Below the pieces are notes generated by a model. It was not told the origin of the DNA. It did not search any database and saw only the letters and a list, made by a program, of their open reading frames with translations. DNA of 64,000 nt from an uncultured Solirubrobacterales bacterium (GTDB lineage: Bacteria > Actinomycetota > Thermoleophilia > Solirubrobacterales > 70-9): the NCBI GenBank assembly GCA_963775475.1, contig CAVZIP010000002.1:25609-89608 (forward strand). The letters are read 5' to 3'. This document shows, piece by piece, positions 27,853-36,807 of this stretch (its first letter is position 1; each line of letters opens with the position of its first letter). A program made the translations under genes and the position numbers.

Positions 27853-28992
27853 ATGCCGATCCTCACCGCGCGGCGCCTGGTGCAGACCGGCTTCGTCGTC
27901 GTCCTGCTGCTGGTCGGGATCTACTTCCTCTTCCCGAAGCTGGTCGGGCTCGACCAGGCGCTGGGCCGGCTCGATCAGGCAGATCCGCTCTGGATCGGCG
28001 TCGCAATCGGGTTCAGCGTCCTTGCCATCGCCACCTACATCGCCCTCTTCAAGGCGGTGGTGGGGGGCGACGCGCTGCGCCTGCGCTGGGTAGAGACCTA
28101 CGAGATCAACATGGCCGGGGTGGCGGCGACCAAGCTGTTCTCGGCCGGCGGTGCCGGTGGCATCGCCCTCACCTACTGGGCGCTGCGCAAGGCGGGGATG
28201 GGGCGCCGTGACGTCGCCCGGCGGATGGTCGCTTTCCTCACCCTCCAGTACGCCTTCTATCCGCTGGCGCTGATCCTCTTCGGGGTGCTGCTGCGGACCG
28301 GTGTGCTCAACGGCAAGGGCTCGGTCGAGCTGACGATCGTCCCCGCGGGCGTCGCCGGGGCGCTGCTCGTGGTCGGGATCCTGATCGCCTTCATCCCCTC
28401 CGACGTCGAGCGCCGCCTGGCGCCCTTCGCGCACAGCGACCGCGCCCGGTCCCTCCTGCACAGCGTCGCCAAAGTGCCGGCGACCGTGGGGGAGGGGTTT
28501 CGCTTCGCGCTCGATCTCTTCGCCCACCCCTCGCGCGGTTGGCTGGCCCTGGTCGGCGCCGCCGGCTACTGGGCGACCAGCATCGGCGTGCTCTGGGCTT
28601 CATTCCACGCCTTCGGCGTGCAGGTCCCGCTGGCGGTCGTGGTCCAGGGCTTCTTCCTCGGCATGGTCGCCAACCTCTTCCCGCTGGCGCCGGCCGGGGT
28701 CGGCGCGGTCGACGCCGGCATGATCGGCGCCTTCGTCCTCTTCGGCATCCCCGAGGAGACGGTCTTCCCGGCGATCCTCGTCTTTCGCCTCGTCGCCTTC
28801 TGGCTGCCGATCCCACTCGGCATAATCGCCTTCTTCCAACTGCGTAAAACGGTTCATCGCTGGGAAACAGAGGGGCTGCCGATCCAACGCGGCGGCAGCG
28901 CCGAATCGGACCTCGAGCCGCCGACCGGAGAGCTTGCCCCCGACCCGGCCGAGGTAGTGGGTCAGTTTGATCCTCCGGAGGATCAGCGTTAG
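27853..28992 (+). CDS. flippase-like / lysylphosphatidylglycerol-synthase TM-region family (UPF0104) membrane protein
   Basis: 379 aa starting at MPILTARRLVQTGFVVVLLLVGIYFLFPKL. Multi-TM. Architecture and pairing with a PAP2 gene fit UPF0104. The family call is an inference. Confidence 0.6.
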   Translation: MPILTARRLVQTGFVVVLLLVGIYFLFPKLVGLDQALGRLDQADPLWIGVAIGFSVLAIATYIALFKAVVGGDALRLRWVETYEINMAGVAATKLFSAGGAGGIALTYWALRKAGMGRRDVARRMVAFLTLQYAFYPLALILFGVLLRTGVLNGKGSVELTIVPAGVAGALLVVGILIAFIPSDVERRLAPFAHSDRARSLLHSVAKVPATVGEGFRFALDLFAHPSRGWLALVGAAGYWATSIGVLWASFHAFGVQVPLAVVVQGFFLGMVANLFPLAPAGVGAVDAGMIGAFVLFGIPEETVFPAILVFRLVAFWLPIPLGIIAFFQLRKTVHRWETEGLPIQRGGSAESDLEPPTGELAPDPAEVVGQFDPPEDQR

Positions 28993-29213
28993 CTTCGCCG
29001 CCGAAAATTGAAAGCGCCGGGAGCGCCGCGCAAACGGCCTCCCGGCTTGCACCGAAAGGCGGAACCTTCCGATGCAAGCCAATCCTACGCCTGCGGATAC
29101 GGCGGCTCAGCGGGCGATCCTCGCCCTCGCTCTGTCTCTGCGGGCCTGCTGGAACCACGCGAAGCCGCGTTCCTCGCAACGCCCGCCGCGATCCTCTGCC
29201 ATCGACTGGACGC

Positions 29214-29294
29214 ATGGTGAGCGTGGCGCAGCGGTTTGGAGAGAACCTGATGATCTACCGGCGCCGAGCGGGCCTCTCGCAGGAAGAGCTGGGC
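29214..29294 (+). pseudogene. 5' fragment of an XRE-family HTH gene
   Basis: MVSVAQRFGENLMIYRRRAGLSQEELG is the typical start of an XRE HTH domain. Sense is lost at about 29295, where the opposite-strand IS630 fragment ends. Confidence 0.3.
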
Positions 29295-29494
29295 TTGTGG
29301 ATCGCCTCGCGGACGGTGTCGGGGTCGGTGAAGACGACCTCGCTGACCTTTGCCGGGCTCATCCGCTGGGCCGAGAGCAGCACGATCTGCGCCCTGCGCC
29401 AGGTGACGACCGAACCGCTGTCGCGGCGCACGATCCGCAGCAGCCGGTTGCCCTCCTCGTTGGTGATCTCCCGCAGCTGCACCCTCGCCGCCAT
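29255..29494 (-). mobile_element. IS630-family transposase N-terminal HTH fragment (remnant)
   Basis: MAARVQLREITNEEGNRLLRIVRRDSGSVVTWRRAQIVLLSAQRMSPAKVSEVVFTDPDTVREAIHK matches the characteristic IS630 N-terminus (...WRRAQ.VLLSAQGM...). Similarity stops after about 67 codons. No DDE domain or terminal inverted repeats seen. Confidence 0.6.
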
Positions 29495-29594
29495 CGTTAC
29501 CCCCGATCGTCGGTTGCGTGCGGGGAGCCACTTCGGCGGCGGGCCTTGGAGCCTGGTTATGGAAACCGGCAGACGTTGCCGGTCACACCACTAG

Positions 29595-30026
29595 CTACTC
29601 GTCTAGGAGCGCTCTCTCCTCTTTGCGAGTCTGGATCTCCCGGTAGACGAACAAGCCGCCCAAGCCGCCAATCGCAGCAACCAACGGAACCAGTCCCTCT
29701 GCGCTATTGCCGAGCGCGATTAGAACAATTCCGCCCAGTAGGGCCACGAGCGCAAGAACGAAGGTGAAGATCTGTGCACGAGATTCAATTGACTGTCGAT
29801 GCTTCGCTTGATTCTCGGTGAGCTTCACGATTCGATCCGCTCCGTTGGGAACTGCTTCGTTGTACTGCCCGAGCAGTTGGGGGTGTGGCAGGGGGCCGCT
29901 GAATTCAACTCGAACGGCTTGGACAACCGCTTCTGCGCCGGGTTGAGGTCCCTGGGGATCTCCGCCGGGCGAGGGATCAGGCTCAGGGACTTCGCCTTGC
30001 GCATCCCCCTTGTCTAGCTCAGTCAC
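29595..30026 (-). CDS. DUF2335 domain-containing membrane protein
   Basis: ...FSGPLPHPQLLGQYNEAVPNGADRIVKLTENQAKHRQSIE..., followed by two TM segments. This is the DUF2335 pattern. Confidence 0.75.
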   Translation of the reverse strand: MTELDKGDAQGEVPEPDPSPGGDPQGPQPGAEAVVQAVRVEFSGPLPHPQLLGQYNEAVPNGADRIVKLTENQAKHRQSIESRAQIFTFVLALVALLGGIVLIALGNSAEGLVPLVAAIGGLGGLFVYREIQTRKEERALLDE

Positions 30027-30029
30027 CTG

Positions 30030-30272
30030 CTAACGCTGCTCGAAAAGATTTCCCTGGCCGGGATGAACAAAGAACCCGGTCTGGTGAAAGGTTGCAACCG
30101 CTCCCCAAAAGTCTCGCGCAATCGCGAGCTGATCCCCTCGCAGGGCCACAGCGTCTGCTAGCGCCGGGTTGTTAGGTGCGCCCGTTGGGACTGATCCTAA
30201 GACCGTGCCAGCACCATTGAGGACCGAACTCGTGATGGACGGGGCCACTATCGCTTCGCGGGGGTCGGGCAT
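30030..30272 (-). CDS. hypothetical protein
   Basis: 80-aa ORF 3 nt upstream of the DUF2335 gene on the same strand. No recognisable domain. Confidence 0.45.
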   Translation of the reverse strand: MPDPREAIVAPSITSSVLNGAGTVLGSVPTGAPNNPALADAVALRGDQLAIARDFWGAVATFHQTGFFVHPGQGNLFEQR

Positions 30273-30337
30273 GGGCCGAATGTTAGCCGCTAGGGGGTAG
30301 ATGGGATCTGACGCCCGATCAGGTCGCGGCGATCAGG

Positions 30338-30374
30338 CGTCGTCTCGGTCGATAGCTCGCCGAGACGGCGTTTT
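30338..30374 (+). terminator. intrinsic-terminator-like hairpin plus T-run
   Basis: CGTCGTCTCGG (30338-30348) pairs with CCGAGACGGCG (30360-30370): 11 bp including one G-U pair. TTTT follows at 30371-30374. No plus-strand gene ends nearby, so it may be orphaned by the islet insertion. Confidence 0.3.
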
Positions 30375-30448
30375 CTCGTCAAATTGACCCACCACCCCGG
30401 CCGAGGGTTACTATAAAAAGTAAAGTATTAGACTCCAGGCGGCGAGAA

Positions 30449-31447
30449 ATGGCTGATTCGAAGAAGGTCGAGAACGTAATCGTCATCGGCGGCGGGCCCG
30501 CCGGCTACACGGCAGCGCTCTACACGGCTCGGGCCAACCTCGAGCCGCTCATCTTCGAGGGCTTCCAGTGGGGCGGTCAGCTGCAGAACACGACCGACGT
30601 CGAGAACTACCCGGGCTATCCCGAGGGGATCATGGGCCCGGAGATGATGAGCCAGTTCCGCGCCCAGGCCGAGCGCTTCGGGACCCGCTTCGTCACCGAC
30701 GACGTCGACCGGGTCGAGCTCACCGACGGCGGCGTCCAGAAGGTCTTCCTCGGCGACGAGGAGCACCGCGCCAAGACCGTGATCCTGGCGATGGGGGCGG
30801 AGCCGAAACGGCTCGGCGTTCCCGGCGAGATGGAGCTGGGCGGCCGCGGCGTCTCCACCTGCGGCGTCTGCGACGGCGCCTTCTTCAAAGGCCAGAAGGT
30901 GATCGTGATCGGCGGCGGCGACTCGGCGATGGAGGACTCGATCTTCATCTCCAAGTACGCCGGCGAGCTGACGATCGTCAACCGCCGCGACGATTTCCGC
31001 GCCTCGAAGATCATGTTCGACCGCGCCCGCGAGCAGGACAACATCAGCCTCAAGACCCCCTTCGTGGCGGAGGAGTTCGTCGCCGGCGAGGACGGCAAGC
31101 TGGCCAGCGTCCGCCTCCGCAACCCCGGGACTGGCGAGCAGGAGGAGATCGCAACCGACGGCGCCTTCATCGCGATCGGGCACATCCCCAAATCGGAGAT
31201 CGTCGTCGGCCAGGTCGAGACCGACGAGGACGGCTACGTCGTCACCGAGCCGGGCTCGACCCGGACCAACCTCGCCGGCGTCCTCGCGGTCGGCGACCTC
31301 GTCGACCACACCTACCGGCAGGCGGTCACCGCCGCCGGCACCGGCTGCATGGGCGCCCTCGACGCCGAGTGGTACCTGCGCGACAGCCCGCCCCCCGTCG
31401 AGGCCCACTGGATGCCCGGCGGCGAGCCGATCGAGATCGCTCCCTAG
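30449..31447 (+). CDS. trxB: thioredoxin-disulfide reductase
   Basis: GGGPAGYTAALY FAD motif, redox CxxC (CGVCDG), second Rossmann motif VIGGGDSAMED, C-terminal AGTGCMGALDAE. Confidence 0.95.
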   Translation: MADSKKVENVIVIGGGPAGYTAALYTARANLEPLIFEGFQWGGQLQNTTDVENYPGYPEGIMGPEMMSQFRAQAERFGTRFVTDDVDRVELTDGGVQKVFLGDEEHRAKTVILAMGAEPKRLGVPGEMELGGRGVSTCGVCDGAFFKGQKVIVIGGGDSAMEDSIFISKYAGELTIVNRRDDFRASKIMFDRAREQDNISLKTPFVAEEFVAGEDGKLASVRLRNPGTGEQEEIATDGAFIAIGHIPKSEIVVGQVETDEDGYVVTEPGSTRTNLAGVLAVGDLVDHTYRQAVTAAGTGCMGALDAEWYLRDSPPPVEAHWMPGGEPIEIAP

Positions 31448-31467
31448 CTTTCCCTTATGTTGGGGCG

Positions 31468-31638
31468 ATGGGCGAGCGCCTCAGCCTCTACTTCCCGTTC
31501 GTCCTCGCCGTCCTCTTCCCGCCGGTGGGGATCCTGCTGGGGGCGATCGAGTGGCCCAAGGACCGTCAGCTCGGGATGCGGCTGATCGCGGTCTCGCTGC
31601 TGGCTGTGGTCGTCTGGGTTTTGTTGCTGCTGGTCTGA
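31468..31638 (+). CDS. small hypothetical membrane protein
   Basis: 56 aa, MGERLSLYFPFVLAVLFPPVGILLGAIEWPKDRQLGMRLIAVSLLAVVVWVLLLLV, with two hydrophobic helices. Confidence 0.4.
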   Translation: MGERLSLYFPFVLAVLFPPVGILLGAIEWPKDRQLGMRLIAVSLLAVVVWVLLLLV

Positions 31639-31664
31639 GAGCGCCGGCCTGCGATCGCCCGTCG

Positions 31665-32861
31665 CTACCCGTCCCGTTCCGCTTCGGCCCGCAGCAGCGG
31701 CGCCGGACGGTAGGCCTCGCCCTTCTCCGCCCGCAGCGCCTCGAGCGCCTCGACCGCCCGCGCCGAGCCGATCTTGGCGGCGATGCCGAACGGCCCCAGC
31801 GGCCAGTTGAAGCCCAGCTGCATGGCCGTGTCCATGTCCTCCGGCGAGGCGATGTCCTCTTCCAGGGCGAAGGCGGTCTCGTTGGCGATCTGGGCGAAGA
31901 GGCGGGTGAGGACCTCGCTCGCGGCGGGGTCGATAAGAGCCAGCTTCTCCGGGTCGAGGGTGGGGGCGAGGATGCCCAGCTCGGGGTCGATCTCGCGTTC
32001 GCTGCCGTCGCCGTAGCGGTGGTAGCCCTGGCCGCTCTTGCGGCCGAGCTTGCCTTCCTCGACCAGCCGTTCCTGGATCGGGCTCGGGCGCCAGCGCTCC
32101 GGTTCGTCGCCCTGGGCGAAGAAGGAGCGGGCGATGGTCAGGTTGACGTCGAGGCCGATCAGGTCGAGCAGCTCGAACGGGCCCATGCGGAAGCCGCCGC
32201 CGAGGCGGATGACGCGGTCGATCGTCTCCGCGTCGGCGACCCCGTCGCCGAGCATCCGCAGCGACTCCAGCGAGAAGGGGCGGGCGAGCCGGTTGGCGAC
32301 GAAGCCGGGGCTGTCCTTGGCCCGGATCGGGGTGCGGCCCATCTGCTCGGCGACGGCGGTCGCCGTCGCCAGCGCCCGCTCGGAGGACTGCTCCGCCGCC
32401 ACGACCTCGACCAGCTTCATCAGCACCGGCGGGTTGAAGAAGTGCATCCCCACCACCCGCTCGGGGTTCGGCACCCCGCGGGCGATCTCGGAGACCCGCA
32501 GCGAGGAGGTGTTGGAGGCGAGGATCGTCTCCGGGCCGCAGACCGCCGCCACGGAGGCGAGCAGCTCGCGCTTCAGCTCGAGGACCTCCGGCACCGCCTC
32601 GATCACCAGATCGCAGTCGGCCAGGTCTCCCAGCTCGGTGGTGCCGTCGAGGAGCTCGACGGCCGCATCTCCTTCGGCAAGGCTCCAGCGGTCGCGTTCG
32701 ACGCCCTTCGCCAGCGCCTCGCCGATCCGTTCCTGGCCGCTCTCCAGCGCCTCGGGGTCGGAGTCGTAGACGATCGCCTCGAGCTCCCCGAGGGCCGCCA
32801 CCTGGGCGATGCCGGCGCCCATCGTGCCGGCGCCGAGGATGCCGACGCGGGCGACCGTCAC
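31665..32861 (-). CDS. 3-hydroxyacyl-CoA (3-hydroxybutyryl-CoA) dehydrogenase
   Basis: GILGAGTMGAGIAQ NAD motif, ...NTSSL...HFFNPP..., and an extended C-terminal 3HCDH domain. Confidence 0.9.
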   Translation of the reverse strand: MTVARVGILGAGTMGAGIAQVAALGELEAIVYDSDPEALESGQERIGEALAKGVERDRWSLAEGDAAVELLDGTTELGDLADCDLVIEAVPEVLELKRELLASVAAVCGPETILASNTSSLRVSEIARGVPNPERVVGMHFFNPPVLMKLVEVVAAEQSSERALATATAVAEQMGRTPIRAKDSPGFVANRLARPFSLESLRMLGDGVADAETIDRVIRLGGGFRMGPFELLDLIGLDVNLTIARSFFAQGDEPERWRPSPIQERLVEEGKLGRKSGQGYHRYGDGSEREIDPELGILAPTLDPEKLALIDPAASEVLTRLFAQIANETAFALEEDIASPEDMDTAMQLGFNWPLGPFGIAAKIGSARAVEALEALRAEKGEAYRPAPLLRAEAERDG

Positions 32862-33631
32862 CGGCCCTTGAAGTTCGGCTCGCGCTTCTCGAGGAAGGCC
32901 TGCATGCCCTCGACCCGGTCCTCCGTCGCCATCGCCTCGTCGAACAGCCGGCGCTCGGCTTCGAGGCCCGCCGGCAGCGCGGTCTCGCCGGCCGTGAGCA
33001 CGGCCCGTTTGGCGAGGCGGGTGGCGATCGGCGGCCGCTCGGCGACGGTGCGGGCCAGCTCGATCGCGTCGTTCAGCCAGGCGCCCTTGCGGCTCGCCTT
33101 GTTGACCAGCCCCCAGCCGGCCGCCATCTCGGCGTCGAAGCGACGGCCGGTCAGCACGTACTCCATCGCCCGCTGCCTGCCGACCACCCGCGCCAGGCGC
33201 TGGGTGCCACCGCCGCCGGGAATGATCCCCAGGGTCACCTCGGGGAGGCCGAAGCGAGCGTCCTTGTCGGCGACGATCATGTCGCAGGCCAGCGCCAGCT
33301 CGCAGCCGCCGCCGAGCGCGTAGCCGCAGACGGCGGCGACCAGCGGCGTCTCGACCGCCGCCAACCGGGTCCAGAAGGCGGCCGCCTCGGGGTCGGCCGG
33401 GGCGCCGATGTCGCGTTCGGCCAGGGCCCTGATGTCGGCGCCGGCGGCGAAGGTCTCCTCGGAGCCGGCGATCACCATGCAGCGGACCTCAGGATCGGCG
33501 TCGAGCCGCTCCAGCTCGGCGATCAGCCGCTCCTTCATCTCCGGCGAGAGGGCGTTGCGCGCCTCCGGCCGGTTGAGGCGGAGCAGGGCGACGTGGAGCT
33601 CGTCGACCGTGGTCTCGACCAGGTCGGCCAA
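32858..33631 (-). CDS. enoyl-CoA hydratase (crotonase family)
   Basis: The in-frame tail of ORF 32858..34483 reads ...LNRPEARNALS...FAAGADI...GYALGGGCELALACD...GLPEVTLGIIPGGGGTQRL.... The only plausible start is TTG at 33631. Confidence 0.8.
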   Translation of the reverse strand: MADLVETTVDELHVALLRLNRPEARNALSPEMKERLIAELERLDADPEVRCMVIAGSEETFAAGADIRALAERDIGAPADPEAAAFWTRLAAVETPLVAAVCGYALGGGCELALACDMIVADKDARFGLPEVTLGIIPGGGGTQRLARVVGRQRAMEYVLTGRRFDAEMAAGWGLVNKASRKGAWLNDAIELARTVAERPPIATRLAKRAVLTAGETALPAGLEAERRLFDEAMATEDRVEGMQAFLEKREPNFKGR

Positions 33632-33639
33632 GCCCGGCC

Positions 33640-34809
33640 TCAGCTCTCCTCGAACGGCAGCATCGCGTTGATCCCGGTGGCGGCGCGGCCGATGATCAGC
33701 TTCTGGATCTGCGAGGTGCCCTCGTACAGGGTGGTGACGCGGGCGTCGCGCAGGTAGCGCTCGACCGGGTAGTCGTCGACGTAGCCGGCGCCGCCGTGGA
33801 CCTGGATCGCCAGGTTGGCGCACTCGACCGCCGACTCGGTCGCGTAGAGCTTGGCGACCGAGGTCTCGGTCGTGTTCGGCATGCCTTCGTCCTTCAGTAG
33901 ACCGGCGCGGTAGACCAGCATCCGGCTGGCGTCGCGCTTGAGGATCATGTCGGCGATCATCTCCTGCACCAGCTGGAAGCGGGCGATGGGAACCCCGAAC
34001 TGCTTGCGCTCCTTGGCGTAGGCGACGGAGGCGTCGACGCAGCCGTCGCAGATGCCGACGCAGCCGGCGGCGACGCTGTAGCGGCCGTTGTCGAGGGCGC
34101 TCATCGCGACCTTGAAGCCGTCGCCGATCTGACCCAGCATCGCGTCCTCGCCGACCTCGACCGAGTCGAGCGAGATCTCGCCGGTGTCCGAGGAGCGCAG
34201 GCCGAGCTTGCCGTGGATCTCCTGCGTGGTGAAGCCCTCCGATGCCGTCGGCACGAGGAAGCACGCCAACCCCTTGTGCTTCTTCTCGGGGTCGGTCTGG
34301 GCGAAGATCAGCGCCACCTCGGAGAAGTTGGCGAGTGAGATCCACATCTTCTGGCCGCTGATCGACCAGCCGGAGCCGGTCTTGGTCGCGCGGGTGCGGA
34401 GGTTGGCGGCGTCGGTGCCGGTGTCGGGCTCGGTCAGGCCGAAGCAGCCGAGTGCCTCGCCCGAGCAGAGGCGGGGCAGCCACCGCTGCTTCTGCTCCTC
34501 CGTGCCCCAGCGCTCGATCGAGCCGGCGACCAGCGAGGTCTGCACGGAGACGACGGTGCGGGCGGAGGAGTCGGCGCGGCCGACCTGCTCGACGATCAGC
34601 CCGTAGCCGATGTAGTCGAGGCCGCGGCCACCGTACTCCTCGCTGACCGGGGCGCCGAGGTAGCCGACCTCGCCCAGCTTGCTGGCCAGCTCGCGGTCGA
34701 AGCGGCCGGCGCGGTCGTTCTCCTTGACCCGCGGGAGGATCTCCCTGTCGGCGAATTCGCGCGCCGCTTCGGAGATCAGTCGCTGCTCGTCGCTGAGCTG
34801 GAAGTCCAT
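33640..34809 (-). CDS. acyl-CoA dehydrogenase
   Basis: 389 aa with typical ACAD N, middle and C domains (...GCFGLTEPDTGTD...ISGQKMWIS...YEGTSQIQKLIIGR). Confidence 0.95.
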   Translation of the reverse strand: MDFQLSDEQRLISEAAREFADREILPRVKENDRAGRFDRELASKLGEVGYLGAPVSEEYGGRGLDYIGYGLIVEQVGRADSSARTVVSVQTSLVAGSIERWGTEEQKQRWLPRLCSGEALGCFGLTEPDTGTDAANLRTRATKTGSGWSISGQKMWISLANFSEVALIFAQTDPEKKHKGLACFLVPTASEGFTTQEIHGKLGLRSSDTGEISLDSVEVGEDAMLGQIGDGFKVAMSALDNGRYSVAAGCVGICDGCVDASVAYAKERKQFGVPIARFQLVQEMIADMILKRDASRMLVYRAGLLKDEGMPNTTETSVAKLYATESAVECANLAIQVHGGAGYVDDYPVERYLRDARVTTLYEGTSQIQKLIIGRAATGINAMLPFEES

Positions 34810-34834
34810 CTCGCTCCTGTCTTTCTTGTGGTCG

Positions 34835-35635
34835 TCAAAGCTCTCGCAGCTCGCGGCCGAGCGTCTCGGCGAAGGCCTGCTGCGCCTCTCGGGTGCGCGG
34901 ACCGGGCGCGGCCGGGAGGTCGGTGCCGTCGATCGCGGCGACGGCCTGGATCTCGCGCGTGGTCGAGGCGAGGAAAGCCTCGCTGGCGGCGCGCAGGTCT
35001 TCGACGTCCCAGGTTCCCTCGGCGACGTCGAGCGCCTTGACCAGGCGGTCGCGGGTGATCGACTCGAGCACCCCGTCGCTGAGCGCCGGCGTGCGCAGCT
35101 CGCCGCCGGCCGAGACCCAGAAGACCGCCGAGGTTGGCGGCTCCAGCACCGTGCCGTCGGGCCGCACCAGCACCGCCTCGTCGGCGCCGCGCCCCTTCGC
35201 GATTCGGCTGGCCTGCATGTTGGCGGCGTAGGAGAGCGACTTGACCCCGTTGAGGATCACCGTCGGGGTGTAGGTGACGGTGGCCAGCTTCAGCGTCTCG
35301 CCGTGGTCGGGGATCGGCTCGGTGGCGGCGATCCGCCGGCCGCCGCGGGTGACGATCAGCCGCATCTGCCCTTCGACGTCGCCGGCCTCGGCCAGCAGCG
35401 CCTCGATCTCCCGCTCCAGGGCCCCGCGGTCGAACTGCAGCTCGATCGCGGCAGCGGAGCGCTCGAGCCGACCGAGGTGGTCCACCAGCGCGAATGGCTT
35501 CCCTCCGTAGAGCCGGATCACCTCGAAAGCGCCGTCGCCCCGGTAGAGCCCGTCGTCCTTCATCGGCACCATCGCCTCGGCCGTCGGGGTCACCTCCCCG
35601 TCGACGCTGGCCAGCTCTTCGAACGCGCCCGTCAT
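34835..35635 (-). CDS. aminotransferase class IV (branched-chain amino-acid / D-amino-acid aminotransferase or ADC lyase-like)
   Basis: 266 aa, ...DGLYRGDGAFEVIRLYGGKPFALVDHLGRLERSA...NGVKSLSYAANMQA...GVLESITR... fold-type IV pattern. Confidence 0.85.
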   Translation of the reverse strand: MTGAFEELASVDGEVTPTAEAMVPMKDDGLYRGDGAFEVIRLYGGKPFALVDHLGRLERSAAAIELQFDRGALEREIEALLAEAGDVEGQMRLIVTRGGRRIAATEPIPDHGETLKLATVTYTPTVILNGVKSLSYAANMQASRIAKGRGADEAVLVRPDGTVLEPPTSAVFWVSAGGELRTPALSDGVLESITRDRLVKALDVAEGTWDVEDLRAASEAFLASTTREIQAVAAIDGTDLPAAPGPRTREAQQAFAETLGRELREL

Positions 35636-35685
35636 CGCTGGGCGAGGCTACCTCAGGCGAAGGCCGACCTCATTTCGATAGGCCG

Positions 35686-36807
35686 TCAGGCTGCCGGCTG
35701 GCCGCGCCGAGTCCAGGCTGGCTTGTGGTCGCGGACCCAAACGTGGAGCAATGGATTGCTGAGCGACCACCGCCGCTCCTCCGGCTGCCAAACCAACCCC
35801 AGCCCCCGCAGTCGACGCAGCGCGTCGTTGATGCTCTTCGAGTTCCCCGTGGCTGCATGCGGACCGAGGCCCACCGCCATCGCCGCTACCACGGGCTGCG
35901 CCAGCGGGTGGACGCGGCGCAGCAGGTCCCACTCGCAAGCGGTGCTCGGCTCGTTGGTCCAGCACAGCCGCTGCCAGCCCTCCAGCACACCGCTCGCTGG
36001 GTTCTCGTCGTTGCGAGGCGCCAGTTCCAACGTGCGCCAGGCGAGGAACGGGACGCCAGCCGCCAGCTCTGCGGCGGCACCGATCGACGTGGCCGGCAGA
36101 TCGGTCCAGGCACGTCCGACGGCAAGGTCCTGGGTGAAGCGCTCGGCCTCGGCGCGACGCAGGCGCATGGCCTCCCCGGCTCGGAAGAGCGGATGGTCGG
36201 GGTCGACGAGCGCCCGGCTCGCATGGCCGTCGGCGTGCTCGACGAGGACCAGGTCGAGTCCAGGATGCCGCTGCCGCGCTCCTCGCAGCTCGGCCAAGAG
36301 CGCACGGGCGTCGGCGGCCGGCAGGGCAGAGAGAAGCAGTCCGAGGTGGTCGATCGCCAGGATCCCGCCTCCGCGGGCGAGGGTGACCATGAGCGCGACC
36401 GCCTCGGCGAGGCGTCGCAGGCCGTCGCCGTTGCCATCGCGGAGACCGTCTGGTTCGACTCCGGCGAGGTTGAGGTCGCGGAGGAGAGAGAGACCGGACC
36501 TGCCGGGGGGTGCCGTGCCGAGCCACGAGGGCAGGGCGTCGCGGGCGAAGACGGAAATGCTGGCGTCGGCGATCGCCATGGCAAGGTCGAGGGCATCGAG
36601 GCAGGGCCGCGCGTCGACGGTCACCTGCGCGCTCTCCGTCTCCGTCAGCGCGGCATTGAGCAGAGCGCTGGTGCCGCTCAACGGATCGGCCGAGATTACG
36701 AGCAGCCCGGGGCGCTCCGCCAGCAGTTCGAGCAGCTCTCCGTACTCGACCAGGTGGCCGATTAGGGCTTCGGCGTCGGGGCTCGGCTGTCGATCGGCCC
36801 TAGTCAT
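35686..36807 (-). CDS. ATPase-like protein with degenerate P-loop and C-terminal winged-helix (Arch_ATPase/DUF234-like)
   Basis: The ATG at 36807 overlaps the upstream gene by 8 nt. The Walker A position reads ADPLSGTSAL (no GK[ST]), and the Walker B-like motif is ILAIDHL. The C-terminal SKSINDALRRLRGLGLVWQPEERRWSLSNPLLHVWVRD resembles a wHTH. Confidence 0.65.
   Translation of the reverse strand: MTRADRQPSPDAEALIGHLVEYGELLELLAERPGLLVISADPLSGTSALLNAALTETESAQVTVDARPCLDALDLAMAIADASISVFARDALPSWLGTAPPGRSGLSLLRDLNLAGVEPDGLRDGNGDGLRRLAEAVALMVTLARGGGILAIDHLGLLLSALPAADARALLAELRGARQRHPGLDLVLVEHADGHASRALVDPDHPLFRAGEAMRLRRAEAERFTQDLAVGRAWTDLPATSIGAAAELAAGVPFLAWRTLELAPRNDENPASGVLEGWQRLCWTNEPSTACEWDLLRRVHPLAQPVVAAMAVGLGPHAATGNSKSINDALRRLRGLGLVWQPEERRWSLSNPLLHVWVRDHKPAWTRRGQPAA

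Noticed and set aside
30384-30414. Promoter-like TTGACC-N19-TACTAT upstream of trxB.
   Set aside because: The spacing is longer than the usual 16-18 nt, and there are no supporting data. It was noted but not called as a feature.
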